A DNA stretch of 64,000 nucleotides from Lama glama. Lineage: Eukaryota. The notes under the pieces were generated by a model that saw only the letters and a list, made by a program, of their open reading frames with translations, did not search any database and was not told the DNA's origin. The stretch covers positions 18,540,001-18,604,000 of the forward strand of contig CM052816.1 of assembly GCA_028534125.1 (NCBI GenBank), read 5' to 3'. Shown one piece after another: positions 22,501 to 64,000 of the stretch. Position 1 is the stretch's first letter. Each line of letters opens with the position of its first letter. Position numbers and translations under genes: made by a program.

Positions 22501-25500
22501 ACCGCCTCTCTCACCATCAGAGCTCTGTGATGGACTTCATTAGAAGTAAATGCAGGGACGGTGCAGCTGCCTGGGGTGCAGATGGCTGTGTGGAGCCTGC
22601 CACCAACCGGTCCAAGGCCAGAGCTGGAACTTTCCTGTGGGGCAACCGTACCTCAGTGCTGCCTTCCTCCCCTAGGCCCCAGAGTCCTCCCCTACCCAGG
22701 AGCAGGTGCGGAGTGCAAGTTATCTGTGCCTGAGGCTCTGTCTTGGGCCCCTCAGGCCAGTGGAAAGGGGTGTGTATGTGTGTGTGTGTGTGGCCCTACC
22801 TCCCACCCCCACTCTACTTATTCTCTGAACTGGCTTAATCTGGGATTTGGCCAAAGGATCCCACAGAGAGCATGCATTTCTTTCGTCACCAGGCAGGGAT
22901 GGCCAGGAAGCTGGCCCCATTTGACTTTTCAGGACAGGGCACTGAGCCCATTCATTCCATGGCCTTCTCTCCTGGCTCTAGAAAGGTTTCTGCGAACAAG
23001 ATTCTGAGCAGCTCCTCTCTGACCATGACATTGAATTATGGTTTCAAGCAAGAGGTATTTTCCTCTGCATGAGAAATCCCTCCTTTCCTGACATCCACGT
23101 GGCCAGTGTCCATGGCTGTTGCTGACCTCACTCCTGCCTGTAAACAAGCTGTGGTCTACGTTCTGCAGGCAGAATCCAGGCCTGCAGGGGCTTCTCATAG
23201 GGCCACCCTGGCACCCAGGTTCTACTTGTCCAGAGCTGCTGGGGCTCCTCCTCAATGGACCCTGGGGTGGGTGGGGCACAAGGGGCAGAGTGGCTAAGAG
23301 AGTAGGGTCTCGTTTATGTTCCAGCCTCTTCCTATTCTGAAACCTGGCAAACAACTACACTTCTTTAGGCTTCCATTTCCACAACAGTAAAATAGAAATT
23401 TTACAAGTACTTACCTATTTCACAGAACGGATGCAAGGAGTAGAAAAGATAATGCACTTAGGAGCATAGCCAAAGCAGTGGCCTCTCCTCCGGCCCCACC
23501 GCGGAGCTGGCCTCTGTGTGTGAAAGGCACACCCCAGCCTGGAGGGCCTTGTGGCCGCCGTGCTGAAGGTCTTTGTGGTCCTCTCTACTCCAGAGGCCTG
23601 GGAGCCCCAGAGTGACAGCAGCGAGAGAAGAGGACCAAGCAGAGCCTCTTTGCCTTCTTCCTTACCTTCCTTTTTTTGGTTGGGGCTCAGCAGGCAGGGC
23701 TCAGGGAGGCCGGGGCAACCTCCTGGCTGGGGCTGCCTTCTGACCTGGCAGTGGGGGACACAGGGCACACACACCTCCCCCGGGCGATCACTCATCCCTG
23801 GAAACATCCCGTGGCCGACCACTCGGCCCTGGGTGTCCATCCTCAGACAGCAGCACCTAACGCTTAGCCTGAGTCCCCCAGAAAAACAGAGATGGGGGTG
23901 TTTGGGACCCCGAAAGGGGATTTGATCCTCTTTGGTTGGGCAGGGAAGGCAGAGCCTCAGCTGTGCATGGTTCTCAGTCACTAAGAGGACTCTCCGGTTG
24001 AAGAATAGATGGATTTCCCCCCTTATTGGGGAGGCTCGGACAGGGGCAGGGCTGGGATCACAGGGACAGACGGAGGGGTTTGGGCATTTTGAAGGAACTG
24101 TGTGGTGATTTTTGTTTTAGTATGTGTGCTGCCAAAGCGAGCACGGTGATTTCCGCTTTAGAGTAAAGGGTCTTTAACAGTTACACTAATCACGTCTTTG
24201 AGCTCTGACGCCGCCTTGTGAAGCGCAGGTGTGTGCATTCTGACTGAGGAGCAGCAGCCCAGCAGCAGCAGGCCCCGCACGAGCGGCGCCATCACAGGCA
24301 GCCCGCGCCGGCGCCACCCCCCGGGGCAGGGCAGAGCTGCGGGAGAAGCAGCCCCCCAGGTGCGTGCAGAAGGCTGAACCTCACCTCGCAGGACGCCCCT
24401 GCCCCTGCAGCCTGACCTCCCCTCCAGGTCGGCTCCTTCAACCCCTCTCATCCCTCCCACTTCCGGGAGCTGCTGGGGGTCCCGCCCTCTGGCCCCTACT
24501 TGCTCAGATTCCTTCACGTCTGTCACAGAACCACAGTGCTGTCCTTCAGTCCACGTGGATGGGCAGGCGACAGTACCATTGGCTGGTGAGCAAATCTCTT
24601 CCCCGTGAGGAGGGACGCCCCATGAGGACGGGGCCACTACTCTCCAAGCCTAACACTCGCAGCCCTGGAACGAACGGATGGATGACGCTGTCGGATGACG
24701 TAAATGCCCGTCTTCCCCCAGCCCGGAAGCTACCTCAGGGAGGGGCTGTGTCTCTGCCCCCACTGCTCTATTCCCAGGAGGGGTGGGCTGACCGGCAGCC
24801 CGTTTGGGTCTTTGGGTTCCTTAAGGGAAATGAGCTCTAAGTCAGCCTTGACAGAGTGAAGTGTCGAAGGGCAGGACTGTCCTAGTCTCCAGGAGAGTGG
24901 GCGGCCTTGGGAAAAACAGAAAACAGGCTCTCAGCTGCACTGATCTTGAGCAGATCCAGACAGCAGGATAAGAATAAGGATACCTAATGCTGTGCTGAGT
25001 GTTTTGTAAGAACCATGTCCTTTCATCTTCACGATGGACCAATGAAATTGATGCTACGGTCATCCCCATTACAGATGAGGAAACAGAGGTGCTGGGAGAT
25101 TAAGTGATGGACCCAAGGCCACACAAGTAGAGGGCAATAATGTCATGGTCACACCAGCCTCTCAGTGCCGAGGACATTTTAAGATGGAGAACCTGAAAGG
25201 AGCAGGGGAAGGGATGTAGATGTGGGTGGGCACAGCCCTGAGCATGAGCCTGGAAAGCCTGGACCTGCTCCCTTATCAAATGGTAGTTCCTGGGGGACAG
25301 GAGACTTGGGGTCCAGTCCCAGCTTGGCCATTTTCTGTATCAGTAGCAGTTCTCCCTTTCCTGATCCTCTGTTCCTCATCTGTTTAATGGGACTGAGGGC
25401 TACCACTTTACAGAGTGGTGCCAAGGAGTCAAAAGTCCAACACGAAGGCAAGGGTCACCATGCTGGAAGGAAGATGGACACTTCAGGCCAGTAAGAGGAG

Positions 25501-25759
25501 TAAAGTACTGGTAAAGGGAACACTGAGGACTCAAGACTCCAGGGCCGGTGGAGACTGAAATGAAAGAAGTCAACAAAGATGTAGGTTCACATCTCCATGT
25601 GCTGTTGGGGTACCTTAGAGCCATACCCCACAGACCATCCCTAGGGGCATCCTTCAGGTGCTTCTGGGTGGAATCTCAGTGGAAGGAATGTCACAGCCCA
25701 AGAAACAGAAACCCAACCTTGTGAATACCCAGGCCAGCACACAGTTTCCATCCACATAG

Positions 25760-26352
25760 GCATATGTTTCTTTGGTTTTATTATTACAAACACACCATGG
25801 CTCTGCCACATCTGGGGAATCCTGAGCTCTGTATGCTCTGTCTACCCTCTCTTTTCTACCTGGACAAGGTCACATAGAAGGGTCCAAGCCACGTTGCAAG
25901 AAGCGTTTGACAGAGCAGTTCAACTCATAGCTTATAAGGATGCCATTTCTCCAGCTGTGAAAGAACCTTACAAAAACCATGCCACGATGCCCCAGGATGC
26001 TGGGTTGCTTGACTCATGTTTTGTGAGCATCACAAAACTTTGGCTCCCTATTCCAGAGGGCTTGGCATAGGCAGGAAACTCCACATTTGGGGCAAGTCTT
26101 TCTGGAAGTCAATGTCAGGCAGTGACACCCGGGTCTCTGCATGCAGTGGACTAACAGCCACGTTTAGGGGGAAAAAATTAAAAGTGTAACTCTCCCTCCT
26201 CCCCCCACCCACCCAAGGCTCAGATCTCATTATGGTGTGGCCCATGTACATTGAAGTGTGATATTTGGTTTAAAAAACATTCAGTCTCTTTGGCAAACTG
26301 AGAGAAACTGGCGGGGAGCTGCTGAAATGCATTCCTCCTGCGGTCTTTCGCC
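25760..26352 (-). other. TGFBI: TGFBI 3' UTR (about 590 nt)
   Basis: Lies between the stop codon and the AATAAA signal; cleavage site inferred about 15-20 nt after the signal. Confidence 0.8.
25777..25782 (-). terminator. TGFBI polyadenylation signal AATAAA
   Basis: Minus strand reads ...TAATAATAAAACCAAAGAAACATA, followed by GT-rich downstream sequence. Confidence 0.85.
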
Positions 26353-57519
<31,167 letters not shown>

Positions 57520-58559
57520 GGAGCGAGAGGCCGCGCGGACCGGGCGAGCGGCTGGGGGAGTGCGAGCGCCGCCGCCGCCGGCAGGTTAAGTAAGCGGAGC
57601 GCAGGGAGCCGCCCGAGGGGCGGGGAGCGGGAGGAGGGCGGGCTGCGGGCTCACTGCGCCCCCGCCTCCCGGCCCGGCCCGCCCCGCTCCCGCCCGCTCC
57701 CCCTCGACGCCCACGCCTCGCTCTCCTCCGCCCCGATCGTTCACAACCAGCCCCCTCTCTCATCCTCTGTGCCGGCCTCCGACAGGCTTGCAGGCACCCG
57801 GGGCTACAGGTCCTCCGGGAAGGGGAGGCAGTAGGGAGAGGCAGCGCCACACACTACTTCACTGTCTCCTTGATCTCTGCAGGGTCCTGAGCCCAAAGGT
57901 CCCTCGCTGGTCTCGGTCTATGCTGATTTCTGCAATACTGTCCCATCACACTTGCCTCTGCATTCCACGAGCACCCCTCTGCTCTCTCAGGCTTGATAAC
58001 TTTAAGACTGATAAGGAGGAAAGCTTACGATTGACAGAAGCCAAAAAAAAAAAAAATTGGGGGTAGATTTTGTTAGACTTCAAGCTACTCTTGGAAACCG
58101 TGGAGAAGGGTGGGGTCTGTCCATTCGTACACATTCTCTGTCTCTTTTAATAAACGTCAGTGCAATACTACATGCCAGAGGATGCTGCAAAGAGATAGAA
58201 AATGCAAGATTTCTGCCCTGAGGGAACTCAGAGCAAGTAAACAAATAGTCACCTGGGAGGAGGTAAGTACTCACCCAAGCACCTATTAATCACCCACCAA
58301 CTACCTGTCCCTGCTAGCCCCGGGCGACAAAGACGGATGAGTGAATGCGATCCAGGCTTTTTCTGAAAAGGCTCACAGTTGGGAGACCCACAGACCGTAA
58401 ATAATGTGCCATGGGGAGGGGCAGCTGGGGCCTTGGGAGCCTGGAGCAGGCACTGGGCCCTGACAGGATATGACACTTGCTCTAGGCCAGAAGGGTGAGA
58501 AGAAGTTAGCCAGGCAAAATGGTGTGCATTCTGGGTTCTCAAGGTGTCCGACTGGCTGA

Positions 58560-59700
58560 AGAATGGGGAGGTAGAGTCAAGGATAGAGAGAAGGGAAGGT
58601 ATGTCACAGGGCCCAGACCCCAGCCAAGTCCTGCAGGTGATGGAGAAGCAGGTCAGTGTCAGGAGCAGGTGAGGAGAGGATCAAATCAAACAAGGCAAGA
58701 CTGGAGGGAGGAAGGTCAGCTGATCAAGAGGGGACCAGGTGAGAGCTTAATCGGTGGTACTGGAGGTGGGCATGAAGAAAGGTGGCACACTGAGGGGTGT
58801 CCAGGAGGTCACAGACTTGGCAGAACTTGGGGGCTGTACCTCAGGAGTAGGGGGAGGAGGAGGAGGATTCAGGGATGACTAAGGTGCTATTATAGGCAGG
58901 TGCATCTTGGTGGATGGTGGTACCATTCCTAGAATGAGGGACATGGAGAGGGGCAGCAAATTTGCCAGGAGAGGTTAAGTGGTTTGGGACACATTGAGTT
59001 CGAGGTGCTTGTGATTCATCCAGGGGTCTTGTGGGCAGCTGAATATAAAGATCTGGGACTCCAGCGAGGATTCTGGGATGGAGATCCAGACATGGGAGTC
59101 ATCCTCAGCTGTAAGTGGCTGAAGCTGTGGGAGTGGGTGGATTCTCTGGGGGGCACAGGGAGTAAGAGGTGGGTGATGACAGATGACGGAGAGGAGGCAT
59201 GGTAGAGAGAAGCCAGCAAGGAGGTGAAGGAGTGCTGACGGAGAGTGGGAGGAAACGGGGGAGCTCCAGCAGGACAGGGCTGTAAGCAGTGAGTACCACT
59301 GCACACCAGATAGATCTGAAGCGCATCTGCTGTGTGGGAAACAGAGAGGTGCTGGGGAAGGCAGGAGGATGAGGCCAGACAATGGTGTTTTAACTCTTTC
59401 AGGAAGACTGAGAAGGGAAAGGGGGAGTCAGGGTGGAAGCTAGGGGACAGAATCAAGAGAGGCTTGACTCCCACTCCTATGGGAGTGAGGCATGACTCCA
59501 GGTGTGTTTGCATTGTGCCTGACAAGCCATCCTCATTTCTGGATGGAGATGTGCAGGAGGGAGCTGCTTTCAAAGGTCTAGAGTTCAGGGGAGGTGTGAG
59601 GACTGGAGATGCTGACTGGAGTCACCACACTAACCCTAACCCAAACCTAACCCTAACCTAACCCTAGCTAAAGCCCTGGATTTGGGCAGGCTCCCTCAGG
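58560..59700 (-). mobile_element. L2 fragments upstream of TGFBI
   Basis: gtttgggacacattgagttcgaggtgc...ggagatccagacatgggagtcatc, an L2 body signature. Confidence 0.55.
59630..59666. repeat. Short interstitial telomere-like array (CCCTAA)n, degenerate
   Basis: ctaaccctaacccaaacctaaccctaacctaacccta. Confidence 0.8.
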
Positions 59701-60859
59701 AGCATGAGTTGGTGAAGAGGAGGAGGAAGAGCAGGGGAAGAGGAGGAGAAGATGGCAGGTCAGAGCCCCAGGGAGCACCCATCTGGAGAGATTGAGGGGA
59801 GACAGAGAAGGAACCCTGAAAGGAAAGAGACACAGGGAGACCCCGAGAGGCCACAGGAGAGGAGGACTTCAGAGAACCACCCTCACTGCCAGGTGGGGAA
59901 GAGTCCAAGCTGGACCCTATCACCAAACGGTTCCTAGACTATGATTGGCACCTAGGAAACCAAAGACCACAAGACTGTAGAACATTTTCTGGAACATTCT
60001 TAACCCAGCTTGTATCTTCCTCATTGAAGACTAGGAGATGTCCTGGGGTGGTTTTGACCTTGGGTCCTGCCCTGACGCCTTCTCTGTATCCTTCCCTCCC
60101 ATCTCCCCAGAAGAAGGGGCTGAGACACTCCCTTCCCTGGCTACCTGTGGGGGCCGGTCCCAGGGTGGGGACTTCTGCCACTTTGGGGGAGATGTTCCCT
60201 TTCCCAGTCTCTGTTCAGATGGGGCTAATTCTGCCAGCTGGTGAGGACTGTCAAATACATACTTCAGTCTGGAATGAGTGGACCTCCCTGAAAGCAACTT
60301 TCTGAAGGGGGAGAATGCCTCTCCTGCAGCATGAAGCCCTTCATTTGGGTGCCTGGGATTTAGCTCCACTTTATCTGTGAGTCCTTCTCCTCATTGTGTT
60401 CATTATCATTTTCTTTTTTCCTAGTGCCTTGGGAAGAAAATCCAGAGATAGGAAGAAGCATTTTGATGATTTCTACATCAAAAATCCTATCTGCTGACCG
60501 TGCTCAGACAGAGATTGTGCAAAGAAAGAGGTGTCTAGCAATGACCACTCAATGAGTCAAGGTGGACGGCTGCTAAGATCACAAGCTGGGAAGCTGGGCT
60601 GAGATCTGAGGACACGGCAGTCTCCATAAATTGTCTAGTTTGAGCTGCTGTAAAATAATCCCTTTATAAAAATCAAGGTGATTCTGATCAGAAGGGTAGG
60701 GTCAGGAATGGAAGTTTCTGGAAAGGATACACGCTGAGAGGAAAGGAAGCAGCCTTTGGCAACTTTGCTGGATGGTTTAGCTTTAAACCTTGGGTCCCCT
60801 AGCCAGGATCCTCCAAGTGGATTACCAGCCTTGCCTAAGTGACAGCATTCATATAATAA

Positions 60860-61056
60860 AGCTGCTGAGTACACATGCTGGAGGTAGAGGACCTGGGTTC
60901 AAATCCCAGTTCTGCTACTTAGAAGCTGTGTGGCCTTGGGAAAGTTGTTCAACTCCTCTGAGCCTCAATTGCTACTTTTCTCATAGAGTTGATAGCAAAA
61001 GTTACCTCACAGGACTCTCGGGTAGATTACATGATATAATTCAAGTAAAGCATTGA
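60860..61056 (+). mobile_element. MIR SINE
   Basis: acctgggttcaaatcccagttctgctacttagaagctgtgtggccttggg. Confidence 0.75.
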
Positions 61057-62435
61057 ACAGATACGAGTTGCTTACCTCCCCCCAATAATTGCATTATATA
61101 ATAGAGATCACTGAAAAGATAGGATAGTTTAGAAACTACAGAAGTAATCATCTGAAAATAATCATTTAATTAATTGAAAGCAAAACATTTCTCTGTTTCA
61201 ACATGACTGCTTGGCACAGGGCATTGGGAAGTGCCCAGAGAGGTTCAGGCTCGGGCATGACTTCTCCCCGGGGGCTGGAGCACTGGCAGCATCACAATTT
61301 TAGGGGAGATGCTTCTTGTGTGTAAGAGCTTGGGAACTGTGCCTTCCCAGCCAGCCCCGCTCTCCCTCTAGCAAGATTTACAGGCTTTGGGGCAAGTCAG
61401 GTAATCTCGCTGTAAAACTTGCCTCTTCTGTAAAACTAACATTCGATGACTTGAGTTTTTCCATGAGCTCAGGAAAGAGATTACAGTAATACTTCATTTA
61501 CTGTTTGGATGTAAAAAAAAAATTCCACTTCCAGGTCCCTCCGCTTGCCCCTCCTCCAAAACCAGAAAATGCAGAACTCTGTGAATGTAAACACGTTCTC
61601 CCACCAGAGATGGCTGCTTTGGGGGGTGTTTTTCCAAGGAAGAGATGCTGCCAGAGAAAGCAGCAGAGGTCCCCCATCCCAGATGTCCTGCCTCCAACCA
61701 GGGCTAGCACCGCTCACTTTCATTTGGGAAAGATTTCCTTTTTCTTTCAGTGTTAGACAGACTGAAAAGAAAGAGACTGGTTTGGAACAATAATGCCTAG
61801 ACTTTTTCAGATACTTTGTAAAAATGACTACTTTGACATTTTGTGGCTTATACAAGGTCACCAGAAACAGTCTTAGTTTTCAAAAATAACCCTGTTGTGC
61901 TTGACAACAGGGCTTAAACATCAAGATGGGAGAGTAATTCCAACAAGTTCTCCGCAAAAGGACACTAAGAAAGAAACTGGTTCTGGGTCTGTCACCAGGA
62001 GATCTGCCATTTGCTGCCTGACCAACGTCATGCCTCCCTTTTGCTGTCCTCCCCAAAGTTCTGGGTGATGCTGGGCATCAACGGAATGAATGACATGGTC
62101 AAAATAATCTCCAGAGGGCATGCGGCCTTTCTAACCTGCCATCCTGTAGCAAATTAGAGAGCTCTTACGATTCAGTTCCCTAACACTTGCCAGGGAGAAA
62201 AAAAAGTGAGTTTTGGCATGAGATCTCCAACTTTTAAAATTATCTGAATCAAATTTGGAGGAAAATTTCCATTCCTTGTACAACACACAGCCCAGAGAAT
62301 AGTACTTTACACACAGCCATTATTCCATCCACCTAACAAGCAAATGCAAGAAGCATCCCTGATGACTAAAATTAAGGGGTGATTAGAGTGCCATTTAGGG
62401 GATTCAGCTTTGGCTTTTCAAGGATTTTCCATAAC

Positions 62436-62602
62436 TTTGCCTCAAAATGTGATGTGCAAACAGCTGCATCAGCAGCAACCTGGAACTTATTAGTAATGCA
62501 CCATCTTAGACGCCACTCCCCGTGCCTGCCCTGAGTCAGACTCTGCATTTTAAACAAGATCTCCAGGCCATCTGTGAGCACCTCAAAGTTTGAGAAGCAC
62601 AG
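62436..62602 (+). mobile_element. MER5A-like DNA transposon
   Basis: gcatcagcagcaacctggaacttattag...actctgcattttaaacaagatc...aagtttgagaagcac. Confidence 0.75.
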
Positions 62603-63540
62603 GCCTACAGGTTTATGTTAAGTAGCTAAAGCTCAGATGATTTTAAAATAGGATTCAATTTATGTAAAACTTTTCAAAGCCACAGAGCCACTGACAAGAA
62701 AAAAAATACACCTGAAAATCTGTACCAATAAAATGACCACATTGGAAGTCTTCGCTCTCACTGAAGCCCAGCTCACTCTGTGAATGACAGTCAAGACACC
62801 GGGGGGACGGGCAAGTGGCTTTTTCTCTAGGTCTAGCTGTTGGGTATTCAGTGACTTCCACACACTGAACAAGGAAAGGAAATTGTGTTCAGTCCGGGTC
62901 ACCTTCAATTCTTCTCCCCTTTCAAAGCCTGCGAAGGGGGCCATGGGTGGTCTAACAGGTTTGTAACAGCAAGAACTTAAAATAAACCTGCACCTTCAGC
63001 CTCTACAAGTGATGGAGACAGAACAGCTGTCACAGCCCTAACATGGTATTAGGTCCCCAGTGTTGACTTTCCTAAATGACTTGCTATTTTCACAACTTCT
63101 CCAAACACCATCTTTCGTAATCAGGGCTTGCCAAATGCTACTTGTTGGCTAGAACCCAACTTTATTTTCCAGGGAAATTGATTTTTCATAAGAGAATTGC
63201 TTTGTTTTGGCTCAGATAAAATATCTTGGAGATACTTTAGAAGAGAGGACTCCAGAACGCTTTTGAGGTTGATTCAATTACCTGACCTCAAATACTTTCA
63301 TGGAATAATGCCCACCATAAGGAACTTACCAGATGATGGTCAGCTTGAGAAGCAAAGCTTACCCATGCCTTTCCTCTGCTTCCCTCCAGTTTCCTTGCAT
63401 GGAGGGCAAAAGCCTCAGAGAAGCAATGCATCCCCAAGGCCAATAATCCTCAGAGCTCCTCTGTCTAGCTCCTCTCCCTTTTTTCACTCGTGCCAGTGGC
63501 ATCGCCCAAGGTTGGAAAGCTTGATGCCAGTTTTTCCTCT

Positions 63541-63596
63541 TTCCCCCCACCCCTCAGTGTAATCAGTCTTCCCCTCACCCCTCAGTGTAATCAGTC
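63541..63596. repeat. 28-bp tandem duplication within an L2 remnant
   Basis: ttccccccacccctcagtgtaatcagtc followed by ttcccctcacccctcagtgtaatcagtc (1 mismatch). Confidence 0.9.
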
Positions 63597-64000
63597 ACCA
63601 AGACCCTACAAGAGTTCTTTCCAAATCACTCCTAGATGATTCTGATCCCCTATTTACCACTCAAATATCCCAATCCCCATGGCCTCGCCTCTCACCACTC
63701 ACAGCTCCCAGCCAGTCTCCTTGACATCAGCTCCCACAGACTCTCACCCCAGCCATCCATCTCTCCCACCACTGCCTGACGTCTCTTCCCCAAACACCAC
63801 TTCTGCCAAAACATTGCTTTCTTAGGACCCTCTCAATGGCTTCTATTGTTGATGAGAGAAAATCCAGTCTTCTATTTTCTTCTTCTTTCTAAAAAAATGA
63901 ACATCTCCCCCCTACCCTACCCCTGATTTAAAAAGAAATACAAAGCTTGGAACACACTGAAAAGGCTACATTAGAGCATAAAACTTGTCCACCCGTAATC

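Noticed and set aside
23415..24840. ORFs of 124-188 aa downstream of TGFBI
   Set aside because: Overlapping ORFs on both strands with GC-driven composition and no recognisable homology.

Overview
This is mammalian genomic DNA, most likely camelid (camel/alpaca/llama), judging from a Vic-1-type tRNA-derived SINE and artiodactyl-type L1 ends. The window holds one complete protein-coding gene, TGFBI (keratoepithelin/BIGH3), on the minus strand. All 17 coding exons were located with GT-AG boundaries, from ATG at 57519 to TAG at 26353. They sum to 2052 nt (683 aa plus stop), with AATAAA at 25777-25782. About 12.7 kb beyond the TGFBI 3' end, on the plus strand, is an intact Pol III vault-RNA-family gene (12952-13044), the syntenic orthologue of human nc886/VTRNA2-1. 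It has A and B boxes, a T4 terminator, upstream CRE/GC boxes, its own CpG island and a strong CTCF motif about 2 kb upstream. The rest is intronic or intergenic sequence rich in L1, L2, MIR, MER5 and MLT1 fossils. Nearly all ORFs in the six-frame track are spurious, or are fragments of TGFBI exons or L1 ORF2. I found no wholly new system. The best lead is the non-primate nc886 locus, which has a vtRNA1-like sequence and a possible imprinting-type architecture. Repeat boundaries are by eye and approximate, and human comparisons are from memory.
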